Shown here: in pieces, positions 25,134-38,100 of the stretch
How positions within the stretch are numbered: the first letter of the stretch is position 1
How the letters are laid out: every line of letters begins with the position of its first letter
Assembly (NCBI RefSeq): GCF_947568905.1
Contig: NC_079164.1
Coordinates: forward strand, 10,850,001 to 10,914,000
DNA: 64,000 bases
Direction of reading: 5' to 3'
DNA from: Ostrea edulis
Lineage: Eukaryota
Translations under genes and position numbers: made by a program
The notes under the pieces: generated by a model
What the model was told of the DNA's origin: nothing
Databases searched by the model: none
What the model saw: only the letters and a program-made list of their open reading frames with translations

Positions 25134-28100
25134 ATGATGCCACTGGCAGGTGCATATTTTCAGTTTTATTTGTCATTTAATTTCTGAAACTTTTGAGCCC
25201 TAGAATTAACCGATTATGTTCAGTTGACATAGTCTGTATCGTAGCAGCATTTGTATGGTTGAACCACGGGTCTGTAGGTAGCCCTAGCCAGCGCTAGCGC
25301 TAACCTATTCTCAGGTCCAGTCCAAAGACTATTTCTACCTACGCAGCTATTAATAGCTACCTAGGTGTTTAAACCTAATTAAATTAGCTACTTCTAAGTA
25401 CTTTTACCTGTTTTTGAAATTATAAATGAATAATATTTAAGACGCATCTTTTAAACAGGTCCGTTCATAGTTGTTTTATGTATCGTGTTGTGCATGTGCA
25501 CACAGGAGTCTTCAGTTTTATCAATGAAGTAGAAATATATGAGAAATGGGCATAAATACTACCGCTGAGCTTCGCGAGCTCGCTACGCTCGCGAAGCTCA
25601 GCGGTAGTATTTATGCCCATTTCTCATATATTTCTACTTCATTGATAAAATTGCAGACTCCTGTGATGTGCACGGCAAAATTCGGAGTGTAAATTTGAAT
25701 ACTTTACACGTGGGTGGAGAATGCAGAGGAAATGCATGAAACCCAATGAAATTTGCCCCAATAACCTTTATTGTAAAAATGCATGAAGGTAAACTTCAAA
25801 ATTAATACAGATTTGTAAGAAATTCTAGATATTTTATCATGTAGCTTTAATCCTTGTGTGTTCCTTGTATTTCCATTTCACACTTGACCTTGATGTAGGG
25901 AGAGGGCTTAAATAGCTATGCCTACTGCCTGATTCCATTCATTTTGTGAATCCCAATAAAATACGGATGAATTAATGGCCTATCGTAAAACATAACTTTG
26001 TCATTTTGTTTTTATTTGTAAAGTATTTTGATAGTTCAATAAATTTGATCCTAAGCTCCTAGAAAATGGAACTGGGTGCTGTTATGGATGCAAATTTGTA
26101 AGGTAAGAAAGTAATCATTTTTTGTCCAATATTTTTGTGGTATTCATCATCAGTAAGTGAATCAAGAAATTTGGTACACACCATATTGCGCCGTTCCTGC
26201 GTTTGGCCACGAAATTTAAGTAAAGGAAAAAGTAGGTAAAAATAGCTACCTGAAGTAGGTTTAAGTACCTACGTAGCTATAAGTAGCTATGTAAGTAGAA
26301 ATAGTCTTTGGACTGGACCTGGAGAAGTCGAGAGGCATAGCCTTCATCGACTGGATTTACGTAATAGACAAGTTGTTTTCAAACATTTAACAGTAATGCA
26401 CAAAACTGTCACAAGGAAATCAACATTTACTTACTTTGAATCCATTTTCAACATGTCCCCTGTCCCGGGATTACGTTAACTGGTCTTGGGAGAAGCTGTC
26501 ACAATAGGGGACCAGTTAAGAAATGGCTGACGTAATTAGAGTTGTGATTTAAACCCGGAACGGGACATGTTGAAAATGGATTAAAAGCTTGTAAGTGTTG
26601 ATTTCCTTGTACAACTTAGCAAACGTGAAATCAAGAAAATTAATGATTTTGAATATGATAAAAACCTGGACAGACACCCATTTACATTAGTCCAATCATT
26701 GAGGGATTTTGATAAGTATGAAAAACACATGCTCTAACCCAATTCCATAATTTATTGGCCCCAGACCATAGGGCCATCAATTATTTCAAGTCCTAATAAC
26801 ATTGTTTTAAGAGGCCAGCGACAATTTATTAAGGTAGTGCATCGGATCTTCATAAGTTAAGGGTTATTAATTTGTCACTTAGCACTAGTGCGAGGTAACA
26901 AATCAATAACCCTTGACTTGTGAAGATGTATCTAGCGCTGATGAACATTAACAAATGTTGAAAATGAAACAGGTACAGACATAAAATTGACTCATTTATT
27001 GATATGATGAAGGTATATAATTCACAATATTACCATGCTTACTCGAATTACCTGTGTTCAGTTGTTTGTATCCTTCTTTCAGATGGACATATTGCGGGGG
27101 AGCACCAGATTGACTATAAACAGAAATATAAAACATTAAAAAAGAAGCTGAAACTATTGGTTTATGTAAGTAATATATGTTCATGTATAGTTTGTGCAAT
27201 AATGTGTACTATGTTTATATATCATTTATTATATAAATACATGATATATTGACTATTAAATACAAAGCAAATCACCTGTAGAAATACTAATGTTGCACAA
27301 TTTAATTAGTAGATTTTTCTTTTTCATCAGGAACAAGAATGCTTTCTGGAAGAATTAAGAAAGGCTCAAAGAAAATTATTAAAGGTTTCTCGAGACAAAA
27401 GGTATTGTTTATCATTCTGAAATATACAAATTCCTACATTATGATATATTTATTATAATGTTTAGATAAATGGCCAAAAAAAAAAAAAATGAAAATCGTT
27501 TTCATTGTACATGTGTAAAAATGTCAGAAAGAAACCTGTTGATGGTATGTATTAGCTGCAGAACTGTAGCTTTCTGTAGGAGGAATCTGGACAGACCGAT
27601 TTACCCCGATTCTTCTCAGAGACCTACAGTTCTGTAGCTTTCTGTGGGAGGAATCTGGACAGACCGATTTTTCCTGATTCTTCTCAGAGACCTACAGTTC
27701 TGCAGCTAGACATGTACATTTTCATTTCATTTTATTCAGGTTTGAAATATTACAGGATGTCATGAAAATATATAGATAAAAAGATTGAAAACTATCACAT
27801 AATCTCAACACTATGCAGTTTAACAAAATTTAAATACATATTCATGTAAAGTGATATGACATATAGATCATATTAACTACCTAAGGAGTAGCCCTTAAAA
27901 GTTTATAGTAGTTTATTTCCAAAGGGTCCTTATGCTGTAAATAGGATAATAACAAATGCAAGGAACATATCGGCAGGGTACTTGTAAAAATATTGCATGT
28001 ATTATTTTTCTGGGCAGCTTTCTTTTGGATCGCCTCTTACAGTATGAAAAAGTCGAGGACTCGTCAGGAGATTCTGATGTTACCGCCTCCAGTGACAGTG

Positions 28101-31100
28101 AAGCAGACGTACACACGTCTGGTAAAAAGTAAGACATGCTTTACCAAAGCCATGTAAATAATAGGATTAAAATATTCAGTATTATCTAATGATTCATTGT
28201 TACACTTGGTGATATCACCAGTCTGATTAAAATAAAACGTCTCACTTCACTCGATATACGGACAATCCCTATGTTGGAGCGACTATGATATCACAGGAGT
28301 CAGAAGTTTTATCAATTAAATTTAAATAAAAATCCTGGAAAGAATTATTCACCGTCTTCTATTAAAAAAACTAGAATACAGTGGATTATTTTTTTCCAGA
28401 TTTTTATTTTAAATCAATTCGTAAAACTTCAGACTTCTATGGTGATGTACAGCTGAAAATTCTAAAGGCGAAAAAAAAAACCACTCACAATTTGAACTTG
28501 TATTAGCTCTGACATTGGAATTGTAATCTTGAGATATTTTCTTTTGCGTTTTGATCTGTGAAAAGTTTCAACCAAACTTAGCACAATACATTTAGGAGTG
28601 TCATAAAGGGGTTCAAGAGATGCTTTGTCCTGTTACAGTTGAATTCCCTTTTTGTAATAATTGACGTGATTTTAGGAGGAAGATGACCTTGAGTCCAGGC
28701 CAGGCCCAGTTACCATTTGGATCAGAAGCCTCAACTATATTTGGAAATATTGGCATGGCGAGTTTATTTCAAGTTGCAGTAAGTTATATTTGTGTTAAAG
28801 TGTTCACAAACATACCTTCAGGTTACAACAAACATGTCTGTACTGAGACTTAGTCTGTCAGACAAAAATAGAAAAGCACATTTCAAAAACATTTCTTTTT
28901 TCAAACAATATGTGATGTTCTTGACCATTAACATTTTCTGTTATGGTTAATGTTAGAGAGTTCTTTAACAAGTAAGTCCATTGGTAGTGAATTTGACCTT
29001 GACAATGAACTCCAGCTAGTCCTTTTATTTCCATTTGTTAGAAAGATGCCAGCGTTCTGACCATTATGCCTATTGTTTTCCCACCAACAGAAACATAGAA
29101 ACATGTATGTACTATTTAGATATGGTACCATACTGGTGCATGTTTGTCCTTATCTACAAGATTTAAGCCATATTTTTCCTTAGATTTTTATCAAAATGTG
29201 GGAATGCTACTTTGCACAAAGACCTGGAACCCTATTAATTATCAAAGTCAATTGGGAGAAATCACTATTAATCTAACTTTCACTTTTTTAGATTAGATTT
29301 AGATTTAAAGGAGAAAGTTAGAATGAAATCAAAATTGAGATTGTACAAGTTCAAGAAAGCCTGGAATTAAAATGTTTATTTTCTACTCTGTTTTATTTGT
29401 CCGTTTTTAGATGGGACGTAATACGGCACCGCAATATCTGTATAACCATCTGTCTGTTTAGAGTTTTCTGTTTCTATTTTCATTTGTTTGGTATATTTAT
29501 ATCAAGCTGAAACTTGCTGTGTAGCTTGTATGGATCACTGTACGTCATGTTGCAAGTTTAATCCATCCATTTCGACCTCTTTTGCATGAGTCTTATTTTA
29601 CAGAATGGGTATTGAAGATTTGCGTGTGGCAGGGATTTTGATTTTTTGGGGGGAGGGGGTGCAGGTTGTTGAACTTTGTGAAGATGGGCATAGTGCAAGG
29701 ATTTTGATTCTCAAAACTTTTTTTAATTTTCTTTGATATTTGTAAAAAAAAAAATTAGAGGCTCAAGTTGAGCTTAGTCAATTTTGGGGAAATAGTTTAC
29801 ACACAGAGCTGTTTTTTGGTCTATTTATCTCCTGTCACAGTTTTTATGCTGGGGCCTTTTATTCATAAGATGCAAAAGAAAGTATGTTGCAGCTTGTTGA
29901 TGGCTGACACTACCTTAAGTAAAATTCTATACCTCATGACTTAGACATGTTACATGTATCTACCATTTCCAGTACTCCTTTTGTTCTTTTAAGTCTCGAT
30001 TTGTTTTATGTCTAAAATATTTTAATTATACGTATTTGCATAAACCCAAAGGTTCCAAACTGTTGGTTTTCAATTACTGTAAAATTTACACTAGATACAC
30101 GGTCATGTAATAAGCTGTAATTTTACTGTAAAAGTGGGCAAATTTACACTAGATACACGGTCACGTAATAAGCGGTCACGTAAAAATCGCGTGAATTCCT
30201 CCCCCCGCCCTCCCCCTTTCGCTGTGTATAATTATGTATATTTGATATAATTTGTATTATATTCAGTTTATACCGCTTATTTTTTTTTTCACACATAATG
30301 TTATAAGTGGTAAAATGCGTACTTAACCACCGGCATAAATAAACACTTTTACAGTATATAAGGTCAAGGACAATATCATATTTTGAAATCCAAGTTCCCA
30401 TCCTTATTTCTGACTTTGTACATGAATATATATAAATAAATAAGAAATTCTAATTTAGTTGGACTTGCTATAGGATTAATAGATTAGAACTAAATGGTGC
30501 ATGTACATATGCCTTAAATGTATCATGCCTTTCTGCTACAGGGATCTTCAAATGCAGAGCCTGCCAAAAAACGTTCTAGACCCTCTGCAAGGAAATCAAA
30601 AGGTATGCAAGAGAACTTTGTCTTCTAGCTATCTGAAGAGTATTTAAAGATTTTTTATTCATTATCTTGTAAAGACCTTCTTACCCTTTCTCGTTTGATG
30701 TTCGTGTAATTCTTCCACATAAAACATGTACCATCAAGTTTTGCGAAGACATCATAAAAATCAAGTATAAGCTTTTCTGACTTAAAAACTTGTATTTATA
30801 TAAACTTGTACTTAAAAAATTGTATTACATTTTTAATTTTTTATGAGTGTCACTTACTCTTGAGTGTATGTACCACCAACTAATATCTATATTATCATAT
30901 TCAGTCACACACAATATAAAAGGCAGCAAAATGGGGAAATATATAGGATTACACTTTATCCTCTGAAATTCCACCAAAATGGACATTTAAATTACAGGGC
31001 CTATTCATTAAAAAGGGTAGGCAAGTCTAAAATTGCAATTGAATGATGACTGCAAGCCTCCATGGTATGAATATCAGTTGATAAAGAGTTAATGACACAT

Positions 31101-31554
31101 ACATATAGGAAACAGAATAGATTCAGTTTATCCAAAATGATGAAGTCAAAAGTCTTAAACATGAAAAATGATCTTGATTTCCAACACAGCAAAGTCAAAG
31201 CTAGAGAAAGCGGAGAGTCACATGACAAGAGAGGAGCTGGAACGACATCTCGAGTCCAGGCAACACTCCTTTAAAATAGAGAAAGCACCTGCCATGTTAC
31301 CCATGGAGATATTTAGTAACGATAACTCCAATCCCGACAGGTTTGGTTTCATTTTGCGTAGGATTTACATATCATGGTTACATATTTTATATGCGATTAC
31401 ATATTATGATTAGAAATTCAATGTATTTTGGTTGATATTGAGATCTATGAAATTACATTGTAAATAAACTTGATGCTCTCGCTGTTTCAGTGAAACAGCC
31501 AATGACACCAACAAAGAAGATTACGATTCAGATCTGGTTATTGATGCGAGCTGA
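25134..31554 (+). CDS. INO80E: INO80 complex subunit E (8 coding exons, ~219 aa)
   Basis: Exons 25134-25149, 27083-27165, 27331-27401, 28018-28128, 28676-28778, 30542-30602, 31190-31340, 31491-31554, phase-consistent. [53 protein letters not shown] and C-terminal DLVID match INO80E/CCDC95. Confidence 0.92.
25501..25665. mobile_element. Fully palindromic MITE (64-bp perfect arms, 7-nt loop) with 7-bp TSD
   Basis: Perfect arms 25516-25579 / 25587-25650, extending to CACAGGAGTCT/AGACTCCTGTG termini. ATGTGCA flanks both sides. A related terminus occurs at ~28293. Confidence 0.8.
26411..26610. mobile_element. MITE-like inverted repeat in INO80E intron 1
   Basis: ACAAGGAAATCAACA...AATCCATTTTCAACATGTCCC pairs with GGGACATGTTGAAAATGGATT...TGTTGATTTCCTTGT. 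Confidence 0.65.
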
Positions 31555-31657
31555 AAGTTTACAGGATTACGATTCAGATCTGGTTATTGATGTGAGCTGA
31601 CAGTTTACAGGATTACGATTCAGATCTGGTTATTGATGCGAGCCGACAGTTTACAAG
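31519..31657 (+). repeat. 46-bp triple tandem repeat spanning the INO80E stop codon
   Basis: Unit GATTACGATTCAGATCTGGTTATTGATGCGAGCTGAAAGTTTACAG at 31519, 31565 and 31611. Confidence 0.9.
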
Positions 31658-32476
31658 ATTTAAAGACTATTATGTTTTAAGTTGTGAGCAAGACATAAAG
31701 ACTGTGAATCGCTTGTTGCTGGACAAGATTTACGGACTCTATATTTTGAAGATGTACAAATTGCGTATTGTATATGGACCACTATGTGGGATATTACATG
31801 TATAAATGTATAAGAAAGGTGTGTACATTTTTCCCTTGTGCATTGTCAAACCTAAGTGTTTAAAACTTGCATGCTTATATTTTGATGTACAAGTAAAATA
31901 TTGGAGAAATACATATTTCACAAAGAAATGTATTTATGACTCATTTATCCACACATTATGATAGATCTTCAGGTCATTTCAACCGAATTCATTGTTTTAT
32001 TTTTTGTGACCATGAAGGAAAACGGGAGACTGAGTTATCAAAATTGTGAAAAATGAGGTTAATTCAATGTTTCTGCTAGAACGTTAGAAATAATTCAGGA
32101 AGTCGTTTGGCGATTATTTTGTTTCAGCTGCGTTTACAGTTAGTTTTGATTGCGAAATTTTTATTTGCATACATACTGTAAGTTAAGTCTATATAATAAT
32201 TTTAAAGATCACTGTGAAATAGCACCTCAATATATCATTAATAAATAGAGGTCAGATGGGTTGTAAGTGCCTGTGAATGAGCAAATCAAGAAAACTCTAA
32301 CAATATGTCTAATGGAGGCCACTGGTGAAAGATTAACTCGGAATAACATGGACAGATAATATTTGTATAAACTGGATAAGTAATATGGATCGTAAGTACA
32401 GGTGATATCTTACAAAAGCCCATAAAAGAAAACTCTTTGATAAACTCAAAAGAAAAGCGCAGTAACACAAATATAA

Positions 32477-32890
32477 GGCATTATAATGAGGACAAAAGGT
32501 GTGATAGAGAGAATCTAAGGCATTGTAATGAGAACAAAAGATGTGATAGAGAGAATCTAAGGCATTGTAATGAGGACAAAAGGTGTGATAGAGAGAATCT
32601 AAGGCATTGTAATGAGAACAAAAGGTGTGATAGAGAGAATCTAAGGCATTGTAATGAGGACAAAAGGTGTGATAGAGAGAATCTAAGGCATTGTAATGAG
32701 GATGAAAGGTGTGATAGAGAGAATCTAAGGCATTGTAATGAGGACAAAAGGTGTGATATAGAGAATCTAAGGCATTGTAATGAGAATCAAAGGTGTAATA
32801 GAGAGAATCAAAGGCATTATGAGAACAAGGCATGATATAGAGAATTAAAGGCATTATAATGAGAAGGAAAGGCATAATAATGAGAACAAA
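32477..32890. repeat. 42-bp minisatellite (~9 copies)
   Basis: Unit GCATTGTAATGAGGACAAAAGGTGTGATAGAGAGAATCTAAG. It accounts for the repetitive ORFs on both strands. Confidence 0.9.
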
Positions 32891-33694
32891 AGGTGTAGTA
32901 GAGAGAATCTCATGTGCAGATAACTTCAAGTTGATTAAAAGCATATCAAGGTGTAATGAGAAATAATAACGCAAGGTTATATGGTGTTATTCATGACGCG
33001 CTAATCAGAAGCGTAACCATGTATATCGAATCGGAGGCAGTGTAATATTGAACACAAATTTGAGGTATTATATCACAATGAGAAAAGGCTATTTAAAATC
33101 ACACCATATATAGAGGCACAAAAAAGTTTAAAAACAATTAACTTCTTTACAAGTTTCTTAATGTAATCATTTTTTAAAAGGGCATTAACTGTAAATTTAA
33201 TTGTCACCAAAACTTGAATTCAATGAAAATTGCACTATAATTATATATTTCAGTAAAAGTAGTTGTATTTAATTATTTCATAAACACTTTTTAATCTCAA
33301 AGCAGACACATGAATATGAAATTTTGGTGATTAAATAATTATTGGCTTGCATGCCAATAATTCTTCCTTATTTCTTTACATTAAGTGTTATCTAATGCAG
33401 TTTTATTAGCTGGTTTCTCTTGTTTTGGTACAAAATAAATGTTTCATTGATCATTAATATACATTCCTATTTAAATTGGGGAAAATTAATGGTTGCCATC
33501 ACTTTCACAGCTAATGCCCCATTTCTGTAATACTATATATAGTACTCTAATACTCTTACATAATACGTAGAGATTACCTCCCTTAAAACATTTCTTATTT
33601 TAAAATATCAAAGTTTTAAAGTATTAATATTAGCTCTAAATCTGAAAATTTTATTTTGTTGTAAAAATGTGCTGTTATGATACATGTAGTTTTT

Positions 33695-33900
33695 TTATTA
33701 GCTCAAGTGAGCTTTTCTGATCACCTGTAGTCTGTCTGTCTGTAAACTTTCACATTTTCTACTTCTTCTCCAGAACCACTGGTCCAATTTCAACCAAAGT
33801 TGGCACAAAGTATCCTTGTGTGAAGAGGATTCAAGTTTGTTAAAATGAAAGGCCAAGCCCCTTTCCAAAGGGAGGTAATAATGAAATCAATCAAATACTA
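33695..33900 (+). mobile_element. Helitron-N-type 5' fragment
   Basis: TTTTTATTAGCTCAAGTGAGCTTTTCTGATCACC followed by a GTCT microsatellite, the reverse complement of the element end at ~15725-15770. Confidence 0.65.
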
Positions 33901-35197
33901 TATGAACACGGGCAATTATCGTCCATGTTTGACCTCAGTATAATTTATTCATGCATAAATTTTATCAATATGTCAGTCTTTGTTGCGTATTTCAACGTTA
34001 AGTCAATGTTTACATATACTCGCTCTGCTTAACCGCTTCGATCTCAAAGGGATTTTCTGGAATGTGCCTAATCACGTGAGATACGCTAAATATAGCTATT
34101 TTAGATCCGAACGATCAACTTCGCATCATTCGTAGGCTCTAGGTTTATCCATACTAGCCCGTAAAAAACAGGGTGGAACCTCGTCCCACTTTTCCTGTAG
34201 AAATAAAAATAAAACATGACGCGCCACCTAGCGAGCGTGGTTGTTGCTACTCTTAATTAAACTTCACAGTGACTTAACTAACCCTCTACCCAAGCAGTAT
34301 CAGCAGACAAAGTTTGATGATTCTTAGGTCTCGTGTAAGCCAGACATGAAAAACCTAACAGACAAACACAATCATCATACCATAATGCTTTGTATATTCC
34401 ATAAAAAAAATCCTGGTAAATCTTTTTCTATGTTGATGCCAATTAACATAAAACGGTTTCTATTTTATTTTTATATTTCTTTTTCCTCTGATAAAACTTC
34501 CTTGACTTAAATAATCACATAATGGTGTTTGTCCATGCCATCACCATTACAATATCCAAAGGTAATATATGGTGTTAATACTGAATAGTGATCTACAAAT
34601 CTTCCACCACTATCACCATTACAATCATTGATTTATTGCAATAATAATGCCTCTCTTCCGCAACACTGCAGAATACAATAATTCCGTCAACATTTTAATA
34701 GTTAGAATTCCATCGTAAGTTCAACAACAAAATTTTCAGCACTTTGTGTCTTACAAAATTTTTTTTTGTGAAAGTGGAACTCTGAACAGCTTGCACCATG
34801 AAACATTTCTTCCTATTGCCACATACATGTAGATGCTACTTGAGCCAATAGGGTAAAAATTGGCCAAGTACAACCTGAGAAATTGGAAATGTTCAAATTT
34901 TAATCCAAGATGGATGATATCCAAACAGGAACAACAAACAATACTAAAATTATAAATGTTGCACTTCTGTTTACTTTCAGAATTTTGCAGAAATAAAGTG
35001 AAATAATTTAAATAATACATTCAATTTCTATAACTAAACAACAAAGTACTTCTAATATCCTTTTGTTGAATATAAATTAATCTTTAACAAAAATACTGAA
35101 AAAACTAATTCAGAATAATCATCATGCACATTTCCTGTTTTCTGAAAAATCTTGAGTCATAGCACTGCATGGTTCTACATCACTGTACACACAGTGC

Positions 35198-38100
35198 CTA
35201 ATCAGTCTTAAACCGTTTAGGAGAGGGTTCACTTTCACTTCCCCCTTCTACATTACTACATTCATCCTCTGGGGGATTTAAGTGATGAGTGACTTGAAAG
35301 TTTCCAGCACTGTCTATGATGCACACTACATTTCCTGAATGATCGGAGTTCTCAGCTAATTTCATGGAATCTTCGTTTTCTTGAGCACTAGTATCCGACG
35401 AGTCAGGTTCTTCTTCCCCTGGTTCGGTGGAATTGTCAAAATTTTGGGTAACAGTGAACAACTGGGCGTTCGGCACCATGGTTGTCTTTTTATGCTCGGT
35501 GTGATTGTCAGAGACTGAAGCAGCATCAGGGGATGTGAGTGTTTCTACTTTGTATTCCCGTTTTATACACAATAGTTGTTGATACAGTAGATCCCGGTGT
35601 TGGCTTTCGAGCTGTTTCACTAGGTTTTCTGTATTCTTATCTAGTGGCACACTAATCTGTTCTATCAATTCTTGTTCTCTTTGTTTACATTTCTGTAGCT
35701 TCTCTTTTAAATCTTTAATCTACATTGACAAATAAGTTATCAGATCAAATTAGACTGAAAGATTTCAATGTACAGTAAAACTCTGATGTAGCGAATTTCT
35801 GCGGACATTCTATAAAAATTTGCTATAAGCGTAATTCGATATAAGCGTAATTCGCTATACATTTATAGCAAATTCAAAATTCAAATATAACAAATTCGTT
35901 ATGAAATTGATTTGTCGTACATGTATATCAGTTGTATAAGAAAGCAACAATCGATATACTAGCATTTGCATTGTCTATAAGAGAAAATAAGCCGATATAT
36001 TTTCGAGAAGAAATATTTCTATACAAGAAATATACACACTGATTTACATATGATAATCTATCTTGATGGAATATTAAGTATCAAAAGAAAAATGTGAACA
36101 AAATTATGTGCAATACATACTAACAGTCCATCACAGTGTCATTTACTTGTTGCTTTACACAAATAAAGTAGTGTTTGATAAAACTTCAAATTTTATTAAC
36201 AAGAATAGTAAACAATATCAACAATATATTTGCTAAACGTATGTGTAATTATTTTTTTGTGTTAACAACCTCTTTTGAAAAAATTCAAACAGAAATTTCG
36301 TGATAGTTATGGGATCTTTGTAAGGAAAGCGATTGTTAAAATCACAACGAATTTAAAACAAAAAAAATTATTATAAAAGGTGATTTTTACATTCATTTTT
36401 AATTCACGGGGAATAAGAATTTACTATGTTATATCCGTAAATTCGCTATATCCGTGTTCGTTATAAATGCAGATTTTTATATAGAATATATAAAGAATTT
36501 GCCAGGGCAATCGATTTCATTTTGCTATAGCCGTAACATTGCTATATCCGTGATCGCTATATTAGAGTTTTACTGTATCACTCCACAGCTAAGACAAGTT
36601 ACGAAAATGAACACAAGAAGAGGATGACATATAATGTATTAATGTAATACAATGCTTGCTTCAGTCACTTTAGATTCAAATATTTAAAAATGAATTTTAA
36701 AATAATACTTTAGAAATTTCACCTCTTTTTGTACGTTCTCTGCGTCTTAAAAAATTTGACCCCTCACCTCTGTCTGTAGGTTCTCTATGACTATCTTCAG
36801 TTGGGTTTCCGTTTGAACTTTGCCCTCGTGTAACTTTTCATATTTCTGTTGCAATTCTTCCATCTGGTTGTCGGAATTCTGATGGACAGCATGTTCCTTT
36901 TCTTCCTCAATGCCTACATCCTAATCGATCAACAAAATTTATATCAATTCCTAAACAAGCAACAAAATTTACATCAATTCCTAAACAAGCAACAAACATT
37001 ACGCCTATTACATAAATTCATGCATGTGTTTCAGAAATACTTGTAGTTTACAAAGAATGGTATTACTTTTTAAGCATCACAGGATTTGAACACATGACTG
37101 CCCCACTTCATAGTCTAGTAAAGTTTTTATTCAAAATGGTTATCAATTTCTTAATTAAATCATATATATAAATACAACATAGAGCCTCTTTCTGAATTAT
37201 TCCTTTAATCATGCTGGAAAATCTTATCCTTGACCACCATGTATCCCTTGATAACTCTGACACCTACATTTGATATTTATAACCATGTGATAAGATGACT
37301 GTACACAGTAGCAGACCTGACTAGAGATAATCTGGGTGGTGTATGAGCTGCCATCCTCTGATTCACCCTGGTCCTCCTGTATAATCATAATGTGAGTTTG
37401 TGAGTTGTCTGTAGAATCCACCGTTTCATTGGCTGCCACAGACACATGCATTGTTCCGTCAGAAGGCTTTCCATTGGTCAGACTGATTTGTGTTGTTTGA
37501 GGGTTCAGAAGGGCTGAACAAGAGTAATGAGACATTATAAATACAAAAGAATTACAATTTATGACACAACTTTAATATTTTTGATAACTTAACAATATCA
37601 CTGTTGACAATGTCCAAATGATTGAATCTGGTACAGAACTGAAGAATTTCCATCACTACTTCATAAATCCACGTATGGGTGCATCTAAAATGCTCCTCCA
37701 GCCATGCAGTTAAAGGTTCCACATGCATGCTTTTATGCATACATATTCTTCAACTAAATGTATTCTATGATTTTATCTATTTTCAGATTTTACTCATTAT
37801 TACATTTTGTATCTAATGCTTTCTTTTTGTACTTCATTCTAAGGCATGTACCTGTATAATTATGACAGTAACACAGTAAGGCTATCAACAGAGGCTCTAA
37901 CTTATACATGTTCATTGTTGTAGAACTTATCTGTAATTAATTAAATGTTGAGCAATGCTTTAACTTGTACATAATGTAGGAGTTAGTACATCTATAATTA
38001 ACTGAATGTTGAACAATGCTCCAACTTGAACGTACTGTAGGAGTTAGTATATCTATAATTAATTAAATGTTGAGCAATGCTTTAACTTGAATGTACTGTA

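Noticed and set aside
31092-31274. 60-aa ORF overlapping INO80E exon 7
   Set aside because: An alternative frame of a true exon. The 31168 frame carries the conserved sequence.
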